Part shown: one piece after another, positions 37,936 through 50,494 of the stretch | Layout: each line of letters begins with the position of its first letter | Numbering within the stretch: the stretch's first letter is position 1 | NCBI GenBank assembly: GCA_951406725.2 | Contig: OX597829.1 | Coordinates: forward strand, 34,038,001 to 34,102,000 | Length of the DNA stretch: 64,000 bases | Direction: 5' to 3' | Source of the DNA: Octopus vulgaris | Lineage: Eukaryota | Notes under the pieces: generated by a model | The model's input: only the letters and a program-made list of their open reading frames with translations | Told to the model about the DNA's origin: nothing | Databases searched by the model: none | Translations under genes and position numbers: made by a program

Positions 37936-40508
37936 TCAATAATATTAATACACTAACTTTTTGTTTTTGTACGTACCTGATGTGTGTGTCACACTTACTT
38001 CAAAGAAGCGGCAAAGTGAGAGAGAGGACAGAGGAAGTAAGAGAGAAAGAGTGAGAGAATGAGAGAGAGTGAAAGAGACAGTGAATGGTGATGGTGTCTG
38101 TTTTGTGTTTTTAAATGTTTCAGAGAGAAAGAAAGAGAGAGAGAGAGAGAAAAAGTGAGAGAGAAAGAGAGAAAAAGTGAGAGAGAAAGAGAGAGAGAAA
38201 GAGACAGTGAGTGGTGATGGTGTTCGTTTTGTGTTTTTAAATGTTTATTACACCGCAAGAGAAGTAGATATATAGATATATATATACACATTTTAAAATC
38301 AAAAGCGGGAGAGAAGAATGACACAAAGGAAGTGAAAGAGAGAAAAAGGTGAGAGAGACAGTAGATACATAAATACAAAGAAAAGTTCATATATAGATAC
38401 AGAGACAGCAAATATTAGCTGTCAATTTCACTTTTCATTACCACACGAGGTTAAAATTAACTCACAAATGGCTTAAGTACTACACAGATATGCATAACAT
38501 TAATGTAGTTCTCAGGGAAATTCAGTCTCACACAGAATATGAAAAGGCTGGCTCCTTTGAATTACAGCTACAGCTCGAGACATATAAATATGAATGTATT
38601 TTTGTGTGTCTATAGTTTAGGTTAGTTAAAATATGTTTGGTGGAAATAAATATAATTACCAAACTTGCATTCATAAATCCATTTGTTATTTTGTTCTTTT
38701 GCATCTCAATTTGTACATTTGTACTCCTGATTATGTACAAGCACATATGTAAAACAATGTCCTTTAATTTTTAATCATTGACTGATGATATAGGAGGGTG
38801 AGAGAGAGAGAGAAGAGAGAGTGGTGACTCAAAGGAAGGTGGTGTTTGTTTTGTGTTTTCAATCACACCAAATATTGGATACTGTATCCTCAGCAACAGA
38901 AAAACTGAGAGAGAAAGAGATTGAAGACACAACTAAAACAATTCCAGTCAGTGGCAAAGTAACGTAGGAAGAGATAGAGAAGGGTGAAAATTTTGTTGTG
39001 GACTGACAACTACTGTCTTTCGTCTGTCTACCTTGCTCTCTCACTCTAGGTATGTGTTTGTGTATGTGTGTATGTATATGATTGTGCACGTTGCCATTTT
39101 GAATTCCTTACTGCAACTGACCTTAAACTGCTATTAAAGGCCCGACTACACAACACACACACATGCACACATACATTTGTTTTAACCCATTTCAACTGCA
39201 ACCACACACCAGATAACGTCATGTTTTGCTCCAAAATTTTAATTTTGAATTTGTTTTTATTATAAAATTACACCTCAGCTAAAAAACATTTTTTGGCTTC
39301 AGAATACAACGTTCTCTTTTTCTTTCTATAATTTTTAAGTTAGAATTTCTGGCTCATTTGGTGATGTGTGTAAGTAAAAAAAAAACTTAAGGAAACACAC
39401 AGACATATATATATATGAATGTATTTGTGTGTGTGTGTGTATAGTTTAGGTTAGTTAAAACATTTGCAATAATGTGTCGCATGGTGGAAATAAATACTGT
39501 CTAATACATTCATATATGTTTTTCGTTTGAAACACTGAATCATTTTGGAGATTTATTGATTTTTTTAGAAAGGTTTAAAATATGGATAATCGCATGAGAG
39601 CATTAGTGTAGAAGGAGAAAATGATTGTGCAAGGACCAGTAGGAGGAAATAAGGAATAAAAATCATGCAAGGATGAGACAGAAGAAATGAAATAAGTCAA
39701 GAGGAGAGGGAGCGTATCCTATGGGATAGGAGGAAAATGAATCATCAAAGGACAGAACAAATGAGCCAGGACCAAAGAGAAGTGTATTTCCAAAATAAGA
39801 GAGATAGAGATCAACAGAGTCGAGAACACATGAGTCAAGAGCAGAGGCAGAGTCCAACAGTCCAACAAAGGCAACATATGAACAAAGATGAAAGGCAGAA
39901 TTACCTTCAAGATATGAGAAACAGAGTTCAAGAAAGAATGAAAAATATGGAAGAAGCTGAATCACAGAATTATCTTATGACAGACAGAGCTCAAATAAGA
40001 AGACGGAATATAATAAAAGAACAACAAAATTCTCAATTTATAATTGGTGAGATGAACGTAATATGCCCGCACTGTCATGCACATAGATTTCCACAGGAAG
40101 CACTTAATTGATGCCATAATGGTAAGGTTTCTTTGCCAAATCTACAAGAAAATCCTGACCAGTTAAAGCAACTTTTGGAGAAAACCGACATTGAAGGAAT
40201 GAACTTTAGATAGAACATCAGAAACTATATTTCAATGTGTTCATTTGCCTCATTTGGAGCCAATGTTACATCATCCCCTGGTTGTGGCCCAAACTGTTTC
40301 TGCTTGCAAGGACAAGTCTATCATCACGCAAGCAACGTACATCCTGAAAACAATGAACCTAGAAGATATGCTCAACTCTATATTGTTGATTCTAAAGAAG
40401 CCTTACAAACAAGAGCTGAAGTGTCTGAAAATATTAATTGCTTGCAGTCAGTAATGGAAAAGATTTCTTCAATCATGCTGAATAATCCATATACTGCAGC
40501 ATATTTAA

Positions 40509-41081
40509 CCCTTTCATTACTGTATTTATTTTGAGATGCTCAAAATCAAAATCTGGAAATTGTAGCTGAGATACCAGTGCCGGTGGCTCGTAAGAGAACC
40601 GTCCAAACGTGGCTGTTGCCAGCGCCGCCCCGACTGGCCTCCATGCTGGTGGCTCGTAAAAAAAAAACCATCCAATTGTGGCCGTTGCCAACCTTGTTTG
40701 GCCCCCGTGCCGGTGGCACGTAAAAAGCACCCACTACACTCTCGGAGTGGTTGGCGTTAGGAAGGGCATCCAGCTGTAGAAACACTGCCAGATCAGACTG
40801 GGCCTGGCGCAGCCTCCTGGCTTCCCAGACCCCAGTTAAACCGTCCAACCCATGCTAGCATGGAAAACGAACGTTAAACGATGATGATGATGATGCTCTG
40901 TGTTTCTTTCAATTAATTTTAAATATAACAAAGAATTTAGTAAAATATCTTAGTTATCATTAAGCTAGTGTTAGGAACATAAATTGCGACTAAGGTTTGG
41001 TGGTATATTTTAATGCAAAACTTATGAAAGCAAGACATTTGTACTACAGAGCCGGTTTTGGCTGGGTTGGTAATGAAAGGG
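40509..41081. mobile_element. TTAA-specific (piggyBac-like) MITE inserted in the Helitron ORF
   Basis: TTAA-ccctttcattac...gtaatgaaaggg-TTAA. Removing it restores the reading AAYLNMHTVEQ. Confidence 0.85.
40542..40891 (+). mobile_element. RTE LINE 3' UTR inserted in the MITE
   Basis: Family 3' UTR with (gat)n tail, flanked by the TSD gatgctc at 40535-40541 and 40892-40898. Confidence 0.85.
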
Positions 41082-44000
41082 TTAAATATGCACACTGTTG
41101 AACAAGAAGAAGAAAAAGAGCAGCCAGAGAAAATGTTAATTTGAGGAAAGTAACTATGTATTTCATCAGGCCTAGATGCCAAGAGATACAATAACCCTGT
41201 TAATAATGAAATTGCAGCTGTATTTGTAGAAGATGGTGCACCTCCAGTCCATCGTGATATAGTTATATATCCACGAGGTGAACAAAGACAACAAATATCG
41301 TATCTCTCACAGCATTTAGATCCTATGAATTATCCAATACTATTTCCCTATGGAGAACGTGATTGGCACATAAGTGTGGAACATGTGCAACAGAGGCAAA
41401 CAAGAGTTCACAATAAAGACACACTGCAATAATACTATTGCTATCGTTTAGCAATAAGGGATCAATTTAGTCCCATTCACAAATCAGGCAAGCTACTTCA
41501 GCAGTATATTGCTGATGCTTATATTAAAGTAGAAGGTTGTCGTCTGTATTATATCAGAGAGCATCAAAGTGAATTAAGAGTTGCTCTATATTCAGGGCTC
41601 ATGGACCACTTGGCAAGAAATGATTATGATAGAGATCCTAGTGCCCTTGTTATTCTTCCCTCTTCATTTACATGCAGTCCAAGAAATATGCAATAGTCAT
41701 ATCAGGATGCAATGTCCGTTGTTTGTAAATATGAGAAACCTGATTTATTTTCAACTTATACTTGCAACCCAAGATGCCCTGATATTACAAACAATTTGGG
41801 TCCCACTGAAACAGCTCAAAATAGGCCTGACTTAGTGTCACATTTGTATAAAACCCATCTTAATGAATTGATGACTGATATTAAAGATAGACATGTTCTG
41901 GGGGTTCCTGTTGCTCACATTCATATTCTTGAATTCCAAAAATGTCACGTGCTAATTATGCAATGAGAAAAAGATAAACCAAGGACACAAGAACAAATTG
42001 ATTCTCTTGTAACAGTGAAATCCCCGACAGAAACGAAGCTCTTCTTCATAAATTAGTGACATCTCTGATGATTCACGGACCTTGTGGAACACATAACCCT
42101 GGTTCTGTTTGTATGGTAAATAGACAATGTCAAAAGAATTTTCCTAAAGAATTTCGTGAAGAAAATATAGAAAACGTAAATGGATATCCAGCCTACAAAT
42201 GAAGAAATAATGAGGATTCAGTTTGTGTTGGAAATTACATTAGCTGACAATAGATTTGTAGTGCTTTTCAATAAGTACCTACAAAAGAAATACCAAGCTC
42301 ATATTAACTTGGAAATCTGTTCATCGGTTAAAAGCATAAAATATATTTTTAAGTATGTTTATAAAGGACATGACTGTGCAATGATGGAATTTATTTCAGT
42401 GCAACAAAATGGTAATGAAATAAGACTGCATCAGCAGTATGATGAAATAAAACAATTTTTACCTGCTGATATGTTTCCGTCCCTGAAGAAATGTGACGCC
42501 TCTCCAACTATCCTATGCATAGCCAATCTCATACAGTGTATTGTTAAGCTGTACATCTTCCAGGAGAACAGAGAGCATATTATCGACAGGGAGAGCAGCA
42601 AGGAGCAGTTGATAGAGCTTGAGAATGTGACACAACATTAACTTCTTGGTTCAAATTAAACCAAAATAATATAAATACATGTCCTTTTTTGTATTGGAAA
42701 ATTCCTGAACACTATGTATTCAATAAAAAAAAAAAAACACGTTGGACACACAGACAATGAGCATGCAGTATTGTCAGCACTGTGAGTCCAAGAGATGTTA
42801 AAAATTTTCATTTGAAGCTGTTGTTACTTCATGTCCCTGGAGCCACTTCTTATGAGGACATAAAGACAGCAGGAGAAATTTTACCATTGTTTAAAGAAGC
42901 TTGCATCAGACTAAAATTATTGGAAGATGACGAAAAACTAATAAATACTTTCAGAGAGGCAGTAGCATTTAGAATGCCACGTCAGTTACTCAATTTGTTT
43001 GCCATGACTTGCTTATTTAACCATCCTCAAAATGCCCTTCAAATATGGAATAATTACAAAGAAAAAATAATTGAGCATTTAGTTACAGAGCACGATGCAG
43101 CCACAGCCGAAAATTTGGCTTTACATTCATTGAGTGGTGTATCCAGAGAACACGGAACCTCTTGCAGCACATTTGGTTTGCCAGAACCCATTGGGCAAAC
43201 ATTTACACAGGATAATGACGTGCCTATTGAACCTGCTAATATAAATCATGAACAGCTTCAAGTGCTACACACTGTAATGGAGGATGTTGCTGCTGTCGAT
43301 AGAAGCCAACTAGAAAATGGAAAATGTAGCTCTCCCTACTTCTTCCTGCTATCAAACATCACTTGTTCCAGAAATTTTCAACAAGTGCACGCCAGAAGAA
43401 ATGGAAAAACGAGTAATTTTATCTCTGACTGTCTTGCAATAAATGAAAAGTTCTTAATATTATACCAGAAGCACTTAAAACGTACTTAAGCACAGATTCA
43501 GTATCCTGCAATAATGAAGAGAAGTATCCATTTGAATTCATAAACTCATTCACTCCATCCAGTATTCCTCCTCATCGCCTCAACTTAAAGGTAGAGGCTA
43601 TTGTAATGCTGCTAAGAAATCTTTCGATCAGTCAAGGATTACGTAATGGAACTCGCATGAAAGTGCAAAGACTTCATGAATATTGTGTAGAGGCATCATT
43701 GGTAACAGACTCCAACAGAAGTCATACAGTTCTAATTCCCAGAATTAAACTTAGCCCAAATGATGCAAATATTTCCCATTCACACTAAACAGACCTCAGT
43801 TTCCACTTCAACTTGCAAATTCAATGACACTTAATAAGGCTCAATGGCAAACATCTGAAAAAGTTGGAATACACTTGCTTCAACCGGTATTTTCTCATGG
43901 CCAATCATATGTTGCATTTTCAAGAGCATAAGCTATGAACAATATCAATGTTAGAGCTATGACACTCAATCGGGATAACAGACAAGGCCAAAAATGTGGT

Positions 44001-44199
44001 GTGACATACAAAACATTGTCTACTATGAAGTACTGTGAGGAAGACCACCGCACCATCATTACACCTTTAAGATCGGGGTTGCCAGTTAGGGGCCTGCTGG
44101 ATCTATCTTAGTATACCAGCAAACCACAAAATCGCACCAGCTAGCATCACCACTACCTCCAAGCCCATCACATATATATGTATGTATGCATGCATGCAT

Positions 44200-44405
44200 G
44201 TGTGTTTGCTTGTCCTACCACCATCACCATTGCTTGACAACTGATGGCGGTGCATTTGCATCCCTGTAATTTAGCTGTTTAGCAGAGGAGACTGATAGAA
44301 TAAGCACCAGGCTTTCAGGGAATAAGTCTAGAGGTCAATTTCGACTAAAGGGTGGCTCTCCAGCATGGCCACCGTCAAATGACTGAAACAAGTAAAAGAA
44401 AAAAA
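44200..44405 (+). mobile_element. Octopus SINE 3' half
   Basis: ttgcttgacaactgatg...gatagaataagcacc...cagcatggccaccgtcaaatgactgaaacaagtaaaaga. Confidence 0.8.
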
Positions 44406-44569
44406 GATTAACAGAAAAACGTTCCGTATCCCTAAACCAAGAAGGTTCTTTGAATATGTACGATGTATTCTAAGATTAAATAGTAATTCAGTTTACGCTT
44501 GTGTAACAGATATTTTGGTTGGATTATATAGTCATTGGTGTTACATTACTTTCTGTATTCTGTAATTGT

Positions 44570-44677
44570 CACAATAGGCCTGAAATTTTTATGAAGAGAG
44601 GGCCTGTACACAACTGGTACTTAATTTATCAACCCTGAAAGGATGAAAAGCAGTCGACCATGGCAGAATTTGAATCA
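44570..44677 (-). mobile_element. Second tRNA-derived SINE family fragment
   Basis: Reverse complement reads gattcaaattctgcc..ggtcgact..tttcatcctttcagggttgataaattaagtaccagtt (box B-like head). A related tail is at ~4925-5010. Confidence 0.65.
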
Positions 44678-45502
44678 TTTCTCAAGGCACCAGTACACTG
44701 TATACAGATGCTTACAATTTTTGTTTTCCGTGAATTTCTCATGGGTCCAGCTAGTAGACAATAATTACAAGTAGCATTTGACTTTTCTGAACAGCCTTTC
44801 TACAGACTTCAGTACTCGTCATAGAGACTAAGTCGCAAATAATCATATATTCTATTACAACTTATGTTTCTATTTACTATAAAATTTAGTTCATATGAGT
44901 AGTGTCCCTTCAATATCACGCAAAAATCGATAAGTTTGAGAATTGAATTTAAATATTTTCTTTTCTAATGGATAAAATTTTACTAAACCTTTACCAATAT
45001 ACTTTAACATTTTTCTTTCATGTTAATATCAATATTATAATTCTTAATCAAAATTAAAAGGATGATGTGGATTCAAAGTGTCGATGTCGGGCATTACTAC
45101 CCGTCAGTCAGCCAGTTTTGTCTATACATTTTTTCTCTTAACTTTTGTTCTACAGCACCAGATTTTAAGTATTTTATGTCTAAATGTAGCTTATGAAGAG
45201 TCAAACATAATTAAAAAAAAACAAACTAAATTTGATTTCAATTAAAACTGAATAAGTGAGACTGCTTGGAAGACGCCGACAGTGACAAAAATGCTATGTT
45301 AAGAATATTATTCAACCACTACTGTGGTTGAATGATAACATAAGAATAATGTATGCAGCTAATCTAAGAGCAAATCTCAATAATACCCAAACAAAACCAA
45401 TGCATTAGTAAAACTTAAAGCAATCATTAGACGAAAAACATGTGGGGAAAAATAGATGCTACAAGCTAATATTAAATAAAAGATATATTTTGCAAACTTA
45501 TT

Positions 45503-45656
45503 TGGCGTTAGGAAGGGCATCCAGCTGTAGAAACATTGCCAGATTAGACTGGAGCCTGGTGCAGCCTTCTGGCTTCCCAGAACCCCGGTCGAACCGTCCA
45601 ACCCATGCTAGCATGGAGAACGGACGTTAAACGATGATGATGATGATGATGATGAT
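45503..45656 (+). mobile_element. RTE LINE 3' tail
   Basis: ggcgttaggaagggcatccagctgtagaaac...ggacgttaaac(gat)n. Confidence 0.85.
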
Positions 45657-45999
45657 TACCTTCCTATTTTCCATTATATTTAAGAATAATTTTATTTACT
45701 GACGAACATACAAAGACAAAGGTATCTGTTAACCTTTTGATGCCTCAACACTAAAGAAGGAAAAATTTTTATGATACACAAAAATAATGAGGGCAGTGTG
45801 GCTTAAAAGAGTATATTTGAATTTCAGTATAAAAAGTGTGTATTTTATAACAGGGCATTGTTTATTGAGTGTGATACAAATTATGTGATGTCATCATCAT
45901 TTAACATCTGCCTTCCATGTTGCGGCATGGTTTCTAAAACTGGATACCCTTCCTCACACGATCCACTTAACAGAGTTTTCTGGATGCTTTTTATGTATA

Positions 46000-46245
46000 C
46001 TCTCTTTTATTCGTTTCAGTCATTTGACTGTGGCCATGCTGGAGCACCGCCTTCAGTCGAGCAAATCGACCCCGGGACTTATTCTTTGTAAGCCCAGTAC
46101 TTATTCTATCGGTCTCTTTTGCCGAACCGCTAAGTGACAGGGATGTAAACACACCAGCATCGGTTGTCAAACAATGCTAGGGGGACTGAACCCGGAACCA
46201 TGTGGTTGGTTAGCAAGCTACTTACCACACAGCCACTCCTGTGCC
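46000..46245 (-). mobile_element. Octopus tRNA-derived SINE, internally deleted
   Basis: Reverse complement head aggagtggctgtgtggtaagtagcttgct...ggttccgggttcagtccc (A/B-box-like) and tail ggcggtgctccagcatggccacagtcaaatgactgaaac. Confidence 0.85.
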
Positions 46246-46249
46246 TAAT

Positions 46250-46875
46250 GGAAAACTGATTTTACTTAGATTGACACATCTCATCAACTACAACAAATCG
46301 CTACATCTGCCAGTCCTTTGCCATTTCCTCAGTGAGATCTATTGTCCAAAAATCCTTTCTCACCCACTTTGTCCATCTCATGTCTTCCTGGGTCTACCCC
46401 TTCCACAGGTACTCTCCACAATTAGAGCCTGGCACTTCTTTATGCAAATGTCCTCATCCATACGCATCACATCTGATGTCTCTTATACCCAGTTTTCCTC
46501 TTAAATCATTTACACTCTCGTGCATGCACACTGACATTTCCCATCCAGCAGAGCATGCTAACTTCATTTCTTTCAAGCCTTTGCAAGTCCTCTGTAGCCA
46601 ATGCATGTTTCACAGCTGTACGTACACAGGCATCATACAATCTACCATTCACTCTGAGGGAGGGGCCCTTAGTTACCGACAAAGGTAGAGGCTCTCTGAA
46701 CTTTGGCCAGCCTGCTCTTATTCTAGTAACTACACTTTCAGAACTTCCTCCACCACTACTAATTTGGGCCTCCTAGGTAACAGGAACTATCTACTACTTC
46801 TAATGATCCCTGAAGTATTTAAGGGATGTCCATTGCCTGTGCATTTTTAGTGCTTATTCTACCTGCACATTTGCG
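46250..46875 (-). mobile_element. RTE LINE RT C-terminal fragment
   Basis: VVDSSCYLG, RAGWPKFREPLPLSVTKG...GRLYDACVR, LQRLERNEVSMLCWM, GRGRPRKT. Confidence 0.8.
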
Positions 46876-47030
46876 ACTATGTCAACTTTGAAAAATAAAT
46901 GCTTGTAGTTCCAGGTTCAGTCTCACTGCATGGCATCTTGGGTAAGTGTTTTCTACTATAGCCTCGGGTCAACCAAAACCTTGTGAGTGGATTTGGTAGA
47001 TGGAAACTGAAAGGTCATTGTGTATGTATG

Positions 47031-47082
<52 letters not shown>

Positions 47083-47101
47083 CACATATATACATACATA
47101 T

Positions 47102-47420
47102 ATCATCATCATCGTTTAAGGTCCATTTTCCATGCTAGCATGGGTTGGACAGTTCAACTGGGGTGTGGGAAACCAGGAGACTGCGCCAGGCCCAGTCTGA
47201 TCTGGCAGTGTTTCTACAGCTGGATGCCCTTCCTAACGCCAACCACTCCATGAGTGTAGTGGGTGCTTTTTATGTGCCACCAGCACAGGTGCCAGACGAG
47301 GCTGGCAAACAGCCACGATCGGATGGTGCTTTTTACGTGCCACCGGCATGGGGGCCAGACGAGGCTGGCAACAGCCACAATCGGATGGTACAAGGCTGGC
47401 AACGGCCACAATCGGATGGT
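47102..47420 (-). mobile_element. RTE LINE 3' UTR
   Basis: Family tail with internal ~57-bp repeats (ccagacgaggctggca...cggatggt). Confidence 0.85.
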
Positions 47421-48199
47421 GGACCACATACACACAAACACATAGAATTCTTAGTCTGTCCGTTCTCTATGTATTCTCAAATGGCTTGACCAAATCAATT
47501 CAAATTTTACAAGGTAATAGTATTACAACCCACGACTGTCAACATAATTTTGTTTTTTCATTTACATTAAAACAATATAACATTTTATAGAGATAATCTT
47601 TCTATAGTCAACTATAGTAAAGGACATTTTATACCACAACTCACATTTTGTATGAGTGTGTTTTTCCGTGTTAGGTACATTACTAAACATACAAACACCT
47701 AGACATACATATACATATGTGAATGTATGCCAGTCTGTCTGTGTCTTTCTTAGTATATGTATGCGATAACGTTTTATTTTCATTTCAATTAAAACACACA
47801 TCTACACATTCATACACATGTGATGTGTGACAAAAACAAGGTGAAACGCTATGTATGTCTGTTTTACTATGTGTGTGTGAGTGTCATCACATTTTGTATA
47901 TGAATGTGTATATCTCTGTGAATGTGTGTGTTTGTGATACACACATATTCATGTGACAACTCACAAAAACAATGAGGTGAAAAGCAATGTATGTCTTTGT
48001 GTGTCTGTCTTACTATATGTGACAATGTATGTACATGTGTGTCAGTGTACTAGTGTGTCTGTGAGTGTGTTATCAAGCACACACACACAACTACACATAC
48101 ATGTGTGACGACTGACATGCATGAATGCATGTCTGTCTGTCTTAGTACATGTATGTGAGATAATTTTTTTCATTTGGCTTAAAACACACATCTACACAT

Positions 48200-49335
48200 T
48201 CATATCTGTTCAATACCTTGTTGAATTTCTGAACACATTCAAACTCACTGGGATGTCACTGCATAACTTCACAGTTGGATGCTCTCATTATGTTACTTAG
48301 GAATCTTGACCCATCTCACCTGCTTACTTGTTACTTCCATGAAGACTCATGTCTTAGAACAGGAGGGGTCACCAAACTTTTTTCCCAGCAAGCCAGATAA
48401 CTGAGAGAATTACGAGTGCGGGCCACATAACCATTTTGTTCAATATAATATAGTGGATACACAAAAACTAAAGACAACCAACATATTTATTTACCAAAAG
48501 TTATCAAAGAAGGCAACGTTAGCAATAAGATAGATATATCACACCCAGTGCACACATATCTGAATCTCACAAACTAAGCAGCAAAAAAAGGTTAGTGATA
48601 TTTGTGAAACTGGTGTTTAGCTTTTAAGATATCATCCATCGTTGCTTCGGAATTGCTTTCAAACGTTCATCAGCCAACCTTGTTCGATGTGCTGACTTCA
48701 CATACTTTTGGAAAATGTTTGCTCACAAACATAAGTTGTTCCAAACACTGATGCCATGCCAGAGGCAAATGAACTCTCATTGCAGATACTTACACAAAAG
48801 GCACAGTGCAGCAGCAAACCAGGTGAACTGACCCCGTAGGTTGGATCTGGCCTAGAGGCAACAATCATAACAAATGGTCACAAAGGAGAAAATGTTTTTA
48901 TTCCAAAAATTCCTCTCCTACCTACAGATGTTCCATTTGAATTTAAGAGGTTTCAGTTTCCAGTTAAACTAAGTTTTGCTATTTCAATCAACAAATCTCA
49001 AGGTCAATCCCTCAAGGTAGATGGACTTGATCTCTCTACATGCTTCTCCCACAGCCAACTCTATGGTACTTGCTCACAAGTTGGAAGCAGCAACAATTTA
49101 TTCATTTGGACACCAACAAAAAAAATTACACAATGAATATTGTTTACCCTGAAGTACTTCAAGATTGACAGATTTTCAGTTCTAAATTCCATTAGCATTA
49201 TAATTTGGATTTTTTAAAATAAAATATAGATATTTTGAAATGATTATGAGGGAAAAAAATATATCTTCATATTTATTGCTTGATAATCTGAATAAGAACA
49301 GCAGTAACCTGGGCAACGCCAGGTCATTGAGCTAG
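48200..49335 (+). mobile_element. Helitron C (helicase C-terminus and 3' end), interrupted by a hAT relic
   Basis: YLVEFLNT, LLRNLDP, then GENVFIPKIPL.PTDVPFEFKRFQFPVKLSFAISINKSQGQSLK, NIVYPEVL. The end reads acctgg-gcaacg-ccaggt...CTAG^t. Confidence 0.85.
48360..48850 (-). mobile_element. hAT (SPIN/Charlie/GTF2IRD2-like) transposase C-terminal relic
   Basis: MASVFGTTYVCEQTFS...KSAHRTRLADE (hATC dimerisation domain). Terminus cagg..gggtcaccaaact. Confidence 0.8.
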
Positions 49336-49590
49336 TGTATATGTGTGTGTGTGCATGCACACCTTTATGTCTGTGTTTGTCCCCCGCCCCCACCATTGTT
49401 TGACAACTAGTGTTGGTGTGTTTACATCTCCGTAACTTAGTAGTTTGACAAAAGATACCGATACAATAAGTATGAGGCCTACAAAGAATAAGTCCTGAGG
49501 TCAATTACTTTGACTTTTAAAAAATCCTTTTAGGCAGTGCTCCAACATGGCCACAATCAAATGACTGAAACAAGTAAAAGAATAAAAGAA
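49336..49590 (+). mobile_element. Octopus SINE 3' half
   Basis: tttgacaactagtgttggtgtgtttac...aagaataagtcctgaggtc...atgactgaaacaagtaaaagaataaaagaa. Confidence 0.8.
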
Positions 49591-49687
49591 ATAGAAATAA
49601 TATTAAAGCAAACAAAGACTTGAAACAGAAAATATTGCCATAAAACAGAAAGAAAGAGAAGATATGTGGTTGTATCACAAAATACTA

Positions 49688-49693
49688 TTTATT
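49688..49693 (-). promoter_or_regulatory. Candidate polyadenylation signal for Nup98-96
   Basis: AATAAA on the minus strand ~490 nt after the stop codon. Confidence 0.35.
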
Positions 49694-50180
49694 TAAGATA
49701 GTTGGAAACACTAAGTTGCCTGATAGTTTCTCCATGAAAGTACTGTTCTTATACAAACAACTAAAGCCAATTGTTTTCTTTCGCTCATTTACCATTATTT
49801 TGAAATCAACAATAAAATTTAATTACAATAAAAAATATAAGCTTTTGAAAACAATAACCTTAGTAGAAATCAATAGTTGTGATGATCACAGTCCAGAAGT
49901 AAATTTGTTTTGCAACTGATTAATTTATGGAGTGCGTATGTTAATTTCTTTTTACATTACCACTTTTGAAAAGGAATATTGCATTTCGTATGGTGGGAGT
50001 GACAAAGGATAAAATTGTTATAAAATTTACACATACATGCACACAAACATACACACCCATTATATACATGTGTACATTACATTAGTAAAACAGACACATA
50101 CTAACACATGTCTAAGATAAAATCAGTTGGAGTTTAATGTAGAGACTTCGGAAAGTTTAAGATACACAAAATTTTCTGCA

Positions 50181-50262
50181 TCAAAATGCCATCAATTCAC
50201 ATGTTTCCTGCTCCATACTCTCATCAGGGATTTCCAAGTTCTCAATTTGGGTAGCTAAACGG
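50181..50262 (-). CDS. NUP98: Nup96 terminal coding exon
   Basis: (N)RLATQIENLEIPDESMEQETCELMAF*; acceptor ctatttcag; TGA at 50181-50183. Confidence 0.8.
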
Positions 50263-50398
50263 CTGAAATAGAAGAAAAGGAAGAAAAAAAATTATACATA
50301 TCTGTTATTTAGCACCAAAATATTTGTTAATTATTTATTCATTTATAAATAAATTTAGAATTAAAAGAGAGAGAGAGAGAAAATGGAATTTTACTAAC

Positions 50399-50494
50399 TT
50401 GGTAATTTTAAAATCAAAATCATTCTGATGTAAAAGCATAGAAAATATTCTAAAAATATTTGCTGTATTTTTGGACATCTCTGAGATACACAAT
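50399..50494 (-). CDS. NUP98: Nup96 exon
   Basis: (R)LCISEMSKNTANIFRIFSMLLHQNDFDFKIT; tttctag / gttagt. Confidence 0.85.

Larger units (their letters stand above)
39590..44038 (+). pseudogene. Helitron Rep/helicase pseudogene
   Basis: CPHCHAHRF..CHNGKV, FASFGA, QGQVYH, YAQLYI, YPILFPYGE, GKLLQQYIADAY, PDLFSTYTCNP, RPDLV, EFQK, MIHGPCG, HINLEIC..KYIFKYVYKGHD, LRNL..GLRNGTR, QFPL, FSHGQ.YVAFSR. Frameshifts, stops and deletions throughout. Confidence 0.92.
37936..44754 (+). mobile_element. Helitron B, near full length and defective
   Basis: Candidate TC start at 37936, Rep/helicase pseudogene, 3' hairpin ccgtga-atttc-tcatgg followed by CTAG^t at 44754. Confidence 0.88.

Noticed and set aside
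46190-46245. tRNA gene
   Set aside because: The A/B-box-like head continues into the SINE body and no complete cloverleaf can be formed.
48580-48790. GTF2IRD2-like host gene
   Set aside because: A short frameshifted hAT dimerisation fragment with a transposon terminus, nested in a Helitron.
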